49,298 nt of DNA from NCBI GenBank assembly GCA_964586815.1, contig CAZPIB010000002.1, forward strand, positions 1 to 49,298, in the 5' to 3' direction. The notes under the pieces were generated by a model. That model did not search any database. It was not told the origin of the DNA and was given only the letters and a program-made list of their open reading frames with translations. Positions within the stretch are counted from its first letter, which is position 1. Each line of letters begins with the position of its first letter. The translations under genes and the position numbers were made by a program. Below are positions 45,538 through 49,298 of the stretch, piece by piece. This DNA is from an uncultured Candidatus Peribacteria bacterium. Lineage in GTDB: Bacteria > Patescibacteriota > Gracilibacteria > BD1-5 > UBA6164.

Positions 45538-46179
45538 TTAATACATTTGTGAAGCTCTTTTTGAGAGCTTATCTTGCAATGATGGAGGAGTATTAACCTC
45601 TGTAAGTTCATTTGCAATGTGTTCCATATTAGGAAGTTCATCAAGATCTTCTTCAAGAGATTTTGTTAAAAGTTCTGGAATATTTAATTCTTCCCCTTTT
45701 AATAATTTATCACTTAATGGTCATAAGACTGGATGTTGTGAGATTATATCTAATCAGTTTCAAAAAGCTAATGCTTCTTCTTTTGCATTATCTCTTTCTT
45801 CTTCAATTGTTATAATTTGTTCTTTTAATGAATCCACTTCAGTTTCAAGTTCTCAAAATGATTCATCTAATTCTTCAAGAATATTATCATCAATTTCTTC
45901 TTCTGAATCATTGTTCGGAAAAAAAGTAGGTTTAGTTGGTGTTGGTTCAACTTCTTCTTCAACTTCTTCTTCAACTTCTTCTTCTGAACTATCAAGTATA
46001 GATTCTAAATCTAAATCTAAATCTAAATCTAAATCTAAATCTAAATCTAAATCTATTTCATCATTTTGAATTTCTTCAACTTCTGGATTTGTATCTTCAA
46101 TTATAGGCTCTACTTCTTCAGTAGCTATATTAGTATCTTCATGTGACATATTTATGTAATTATTATGTAAAATCTTCAT
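45538..46179 (-). CDS. Scaffolding protein (very acidic, up to 213 aa).
   Basis: It has Glu/Asp-rich helices and a (DL)x7 repeat and lies immediately upstream of the capsid gene. An alternative start lies at 46149. Confidence 0.6.
46003..46055. repeat. Hexanucleotide coding microsatellite (tctaaa), about 8 units.
   Basis: It was read directly and encodes the DLDLDLDLDLDLDL stretch of the scaffold protein. Confidence 0.9.
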
Positions 46180-46212
46180 TAAAATAACTTCAAGTACAAT
46201 CTCATAATATAA

Positions 46213-46464
46213 TTACAAGAGTGATTGTCAAACTTTATTTTCTTTTTTGTTAAGTTTTTGTTTCATTTTGTAGAAAAATAAATGCATCTCATGTAAAGCA
46301 TCTAAATATCATATTTTCTTTTCTGTCTCTTCTGAGCTTCTAATTGAATCAGTTTTAACAAAAATTTTATATTCATGTATTGATATCAGTAAATCAATAA
46401 CATCTGGATTATTTAGAAGAAGATCCAAGTCTTCCTCTTTATATTTAGTAACCTTTCAAATCAT
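46213..46464 (-). CDS. Hypothetical protein (83 aa).
   Basis: The ORF is open with TGA=Gly and has a TAA stop. Confidence 0.4.
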
Positions 46465-46608
46465 AATTGGATTCTGCTTTGTTTTAAGAATTTCTTCAGT
46501 CAGAATTATATTTAACTTTTTTAAATTCCATAAATATATTATTATTCAAATTAATAATAATATTATTAATGCTAATATTCAGTAAATCATCATATATAAA
46601 ATTAAAAA

Positions 46609-46878
46609 TTAATAACTTCTCTTTTTTATCATTACCATAACTGGAGAATCTTGATTTTCACAAGTTTTACAAAGAATTTCTTCTTTTGGAATTTCTTCCT
46701 TTTCTGGAGCTTCTTCTTTTCCTTCCATTTTTAGAGATTCCTCCTTTTCTGGAGCCTTAGTAGTAACTTCTGTAAGTTCTTTTTCAATAGTATTTAAAAA
46801 TTCATCCTTTAATCATAACTTTTTACCTAATTCTAGGTATTTAGTTTTCATTGTAACTAGTTTTTCTATATTTTCCAT
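46609..46878 (-). CDS. Hypothetical Glu/Lys-rich protein (89 aa).
   Basis: The ORF is open with TGA=Gly and has a TAA stop. Confidence 0.5.
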
Positions 46879-46897
46879 AATTGTATTATGTTAAAAA

Positions 46898-48814
46898 TTA
46901 AATATTTGGATTTCATTGCCCTTTATTTCCTAAATCCATATTAGGAGTGGCTGCTTGTCATGCTTCATTACCTATCTCTTCAGCTTCAGATTGTTCTGGA
47001 GCATTTACTCAAGGTAATCAAGTTTGAGAAATTTCTGCTGCAATTTCTTCATGATTTGCTGGTTTTACTCATTCTCATGGTTCAGTTATAAACTTACTAG
47101 GGTGATAACCACTCTTTTTAATAATTTCTTTTCACATATCATCAGATTTGAAAAATCCAGATGGTCAAAGTGTATTATATAATTCAATAAGTTTTTTTGC
47201 TTCTATAGCTTGATTTGTTCCAAACATTCATTCAGTTTCCAATGATAAATTTACACCTCAAAGTAATTTAGTTCATTGGATAGCTTCCCAAGTTTGTTCT
47301 CATTCTTCATCAAGAATATAAATTAATTGCTCCTTTGTCCAATATTTTTTAACTAATTTCAACCACATTTGAGCTACTATTGAAATAGCATCTAAGAAAT
47401 TACTCACATAAGGAGATAATCTTCTTTGAGAAGATTGAGATACTGCTAATGCTCAAGTTGCAGTTCTTTCTCTGGCTGAAATTCATTGATCATATTCAGA
47501 AATTCAAGTAATTTGAGTGGCTATTTGTTGAATTAATGTCATAACCCCAAAATCATTTAATCCTCATTTATCTAATCTATAAACTGCATTCCCATTTAGG
47601 TTATCTTCAGTATATAATATTCCTCAAGGAGTTCAGTCTTCAAGTTCATCATCATTTAACATAAGATTTTTCTGAACAACCATTGTTGGATTTGCAATAC
47701 TTCTTGCAGAATCAAAGTAATTATTTATGAAAGAATTTCAAACTTCTTCTAATCATTTTAACATATAAGGTATTCATTCTCAAAATCTAGCTTGAGTTTG
47801 ATTCGCTGCTTTTACAACATATGGAATAAATCAATAAGGATTTGGTCAAATATAAACTGGATAATTGTTTGCTATAATTATTAGTCTTCCTTGATACCAA
47901 CTTGCTTTAAATTCAATAAGTCATTCAATTACATCTGGATCTTCATCAATTGCAGTTCCAGAAGTATTGTCTACTCCTAAAACAGTTGGAGATTTAAAAA
48001 AATCTTTTTCTCTGAAATCTTTGTTTACTTCTTGACGAATTTGATGAATTATATTTCAATAATCTTGAAAATCTGAAGAATTATCATTTAAAGGAAGAAG
48101 TGTTAAGAGTTTTTTATCTTTGAAAGGACTTCTATTTTTCTTACTTTTTATTGTGTTCCCGAAAACTTCAATAAATTCTCCATATGAAATAACTCATCTT
48201 TCAGTTATATATCTTAATGGTCAAGTATAAGGATCTGGAAATATATTAAATACTGGAATATTGACAGCATAAGGATGATTTTTTTCTTCAACCTCAACTT
48301 CTTCGGTAATTATTGATCCATCTACTATTGATGTATATGTTTCAGTTTTATTGGTCTTTTTATATCATACTCTCATACAGATTTCTCAAATAACTAATCA
48401 ATTAGCCATTGTATCCTTTAGTTGCTTATGAAATCAGCTAACATCTGAAATATAATTTAAAGTATTTAAGATATTCTCTTTATTTTCTGCTCCTTTTTTA
48501 TTTATAGCAGTTGCCATAAATATTAGAGGTTTTTCATTTAAACTTGCAACCAAAATATCAACAAAACTTCTAATAAGTCCTATTGTTATATTTTGCTTCC
48601 AACTATTACTTCATAATTGTACTTTTCTATCATAAGTAGAAAGATGATAAGCTTTTAGTGCTGCTCTCCATATAAAAAATTCTGAATTTCTAATATGTTT
48701 ATGAGAAGTTTGAAAATCTTTTTCTGCTTGATTTACTAATTTTGAATCTTCATCTGAAATACTTATTTCTTTTGAATTTCATTTCAGATCCTTATATGAA
48801 TATTTTTTTGGCAT
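46898..48814 (-). CDS. Portal protein (638 aa).
   Basis: The frame was hand-scanned and is open. The call rests on size, position after the terminase, and portal-like core sequence (ISARERTATGALAVSQSSQRRLSPY). Confidence 0.7.
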
Positions 48815-48881
48815 AAAATTATTTTTTTAAGAATAAATATTTAACTTTATATTATATAATAACTACAAAAAGGCAAATAAA

Positions 48882-48903
48882 AAACTAGAAATTAATCTAG
48901 TTT
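48882..48903 (-). terminator. Hairpin with a T-run right after the junction-spanning ORF.
   Basis: The hairpin is aaactaga-aattaa-tctagttt. On the minus strand it is followed by tttatttgcc. Confidence 0.5.
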
Positions 48904-48904
48904 G

Positions 48905-49298
48905 TTAAATCTTTGAAATAACTTCATTTATTAATCCTTGTAATTTAATCTTGAAAGGATTACTATCTGGAATTTCTTTTTTAGCCTCTTCAAGTAAAGT
49001 TAAAAGTTTAGATTTTTTAGGAGTTTCTTTTTTTACTATATTTTTATCTGGCTCTGGAGAAAATTTTAATGCCTCATCAGTATCAATAAATTCTAAATAA
49101 CCTTTTTTCATTTTTGGATTAATAATAGTTCCATCAATTCTTTTAACTCTCACAGAAAAAGTTTCTTTAATTATTCCTCATTTTTCATTTGTAATTTTTT
49201 TCCCAATTTCATCTCAATTAATATCTAAAATGATAAAATCTTTTTCAGTTTTAGGAGCTTCAGTTTTAGGAGCTTCAGTTTTAGGAGCTTCAGTTTTA
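48905..49298 (-). CDS. 3' part of the junction-spanning ORF (see 1-72).
   Basis: The track ORF 48905-49153 extends upstream through two TGA into the APKTE repeat. Confidence 0.6.
49244..49298. repeat. Terminal redundancy copy, identical to 1-55.
   Basis: Direct comparison of the two ends. Confidence 0.9.

Noticed and set aside
1-49298. Code 4 (TGA = Trp, as in Mycoplasma/Spiroplasma), which would also open the ORFs.
   Set aside because: TGA falls at positions that are invariant Gly in Walker A loops, methyltransferase motifs I and IV, LAGLIDADG, LIGTPG and a mixed TGA/GGN hexaglycine. Trp is already encoded by TGG in expected places such as GNGW and YWVAR.

Overview
The window looks like a complete, strongly AT-rich, tailed-phage-like genome of about 49.2 kb. 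Its first 55 bp are identical to its last 55 bp, so it is circular or terminally redundant. The standard-code ORF track is nearly empty because the genome is not read in the standard code. In-frame TGA sits at invariant glycine positions of many conserved motifs (C5-methyltransferase motifs I and IV, Walker A loops, LAGLIDADG, the CHC2 zinc finger, a hexaglycine linker). TGG still encodes Trp, and every gene ends in TAA or TAG. That pattern is translation table 25 (UGA=Gly, SR1/Absconditabacteria and Gracilibacteria).

Retranslated by hand with TGA=Gly, the window resolves into two divergent, tightly packed modules.
- Plus strand, 5616-23664: an early/replication module. It holds many small ORFs, a GH24 lysozyme, a PD-(D/E)XK exonuclease, an SF2 helicase, a C5 methyltransferase, a CHC2 zinc-finger protein, a DEDDh exonuclease, a 1100-aa P-loop primase/helicase-like protein and a resolvase-like nuclease.
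- Minus strand, running from 4229 down across the window junction to 24021: a packaging/structural/lysis module. It holds terminase, portal, scaffold, an HK97-like major capsid protein, fibres, HNH proteins, a holin-like protein, an M15 peptidase, a second C5 methyltransferase and two very large ORFs of 667 and 1658 aa.
- The modules diverge from a 1.4-kb repeat-rich non-coding hub (4230-5615) and converge on a perfect bidirectional terminator (23761-23786).

The most unusual content is as follows.
- Three LAGLIDADG-containing inteins split catalytic motifs: the TerL P-loop, the primase/helicase P-loop, and the catalytic Cys of the C5 methyltransferase.
- Two A-run sites need either a -1 frameshift or a 1-nt homopolymer correction.
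- A conserved A/T-rich leader replaces Shine-Dalgarno sites.
- A small opposite-strand insert sits next to the capsid gene.

All coordinates and product calls come from manual translation and motif recognition, not from database searches. Start codons of small ORFs are the least certain.
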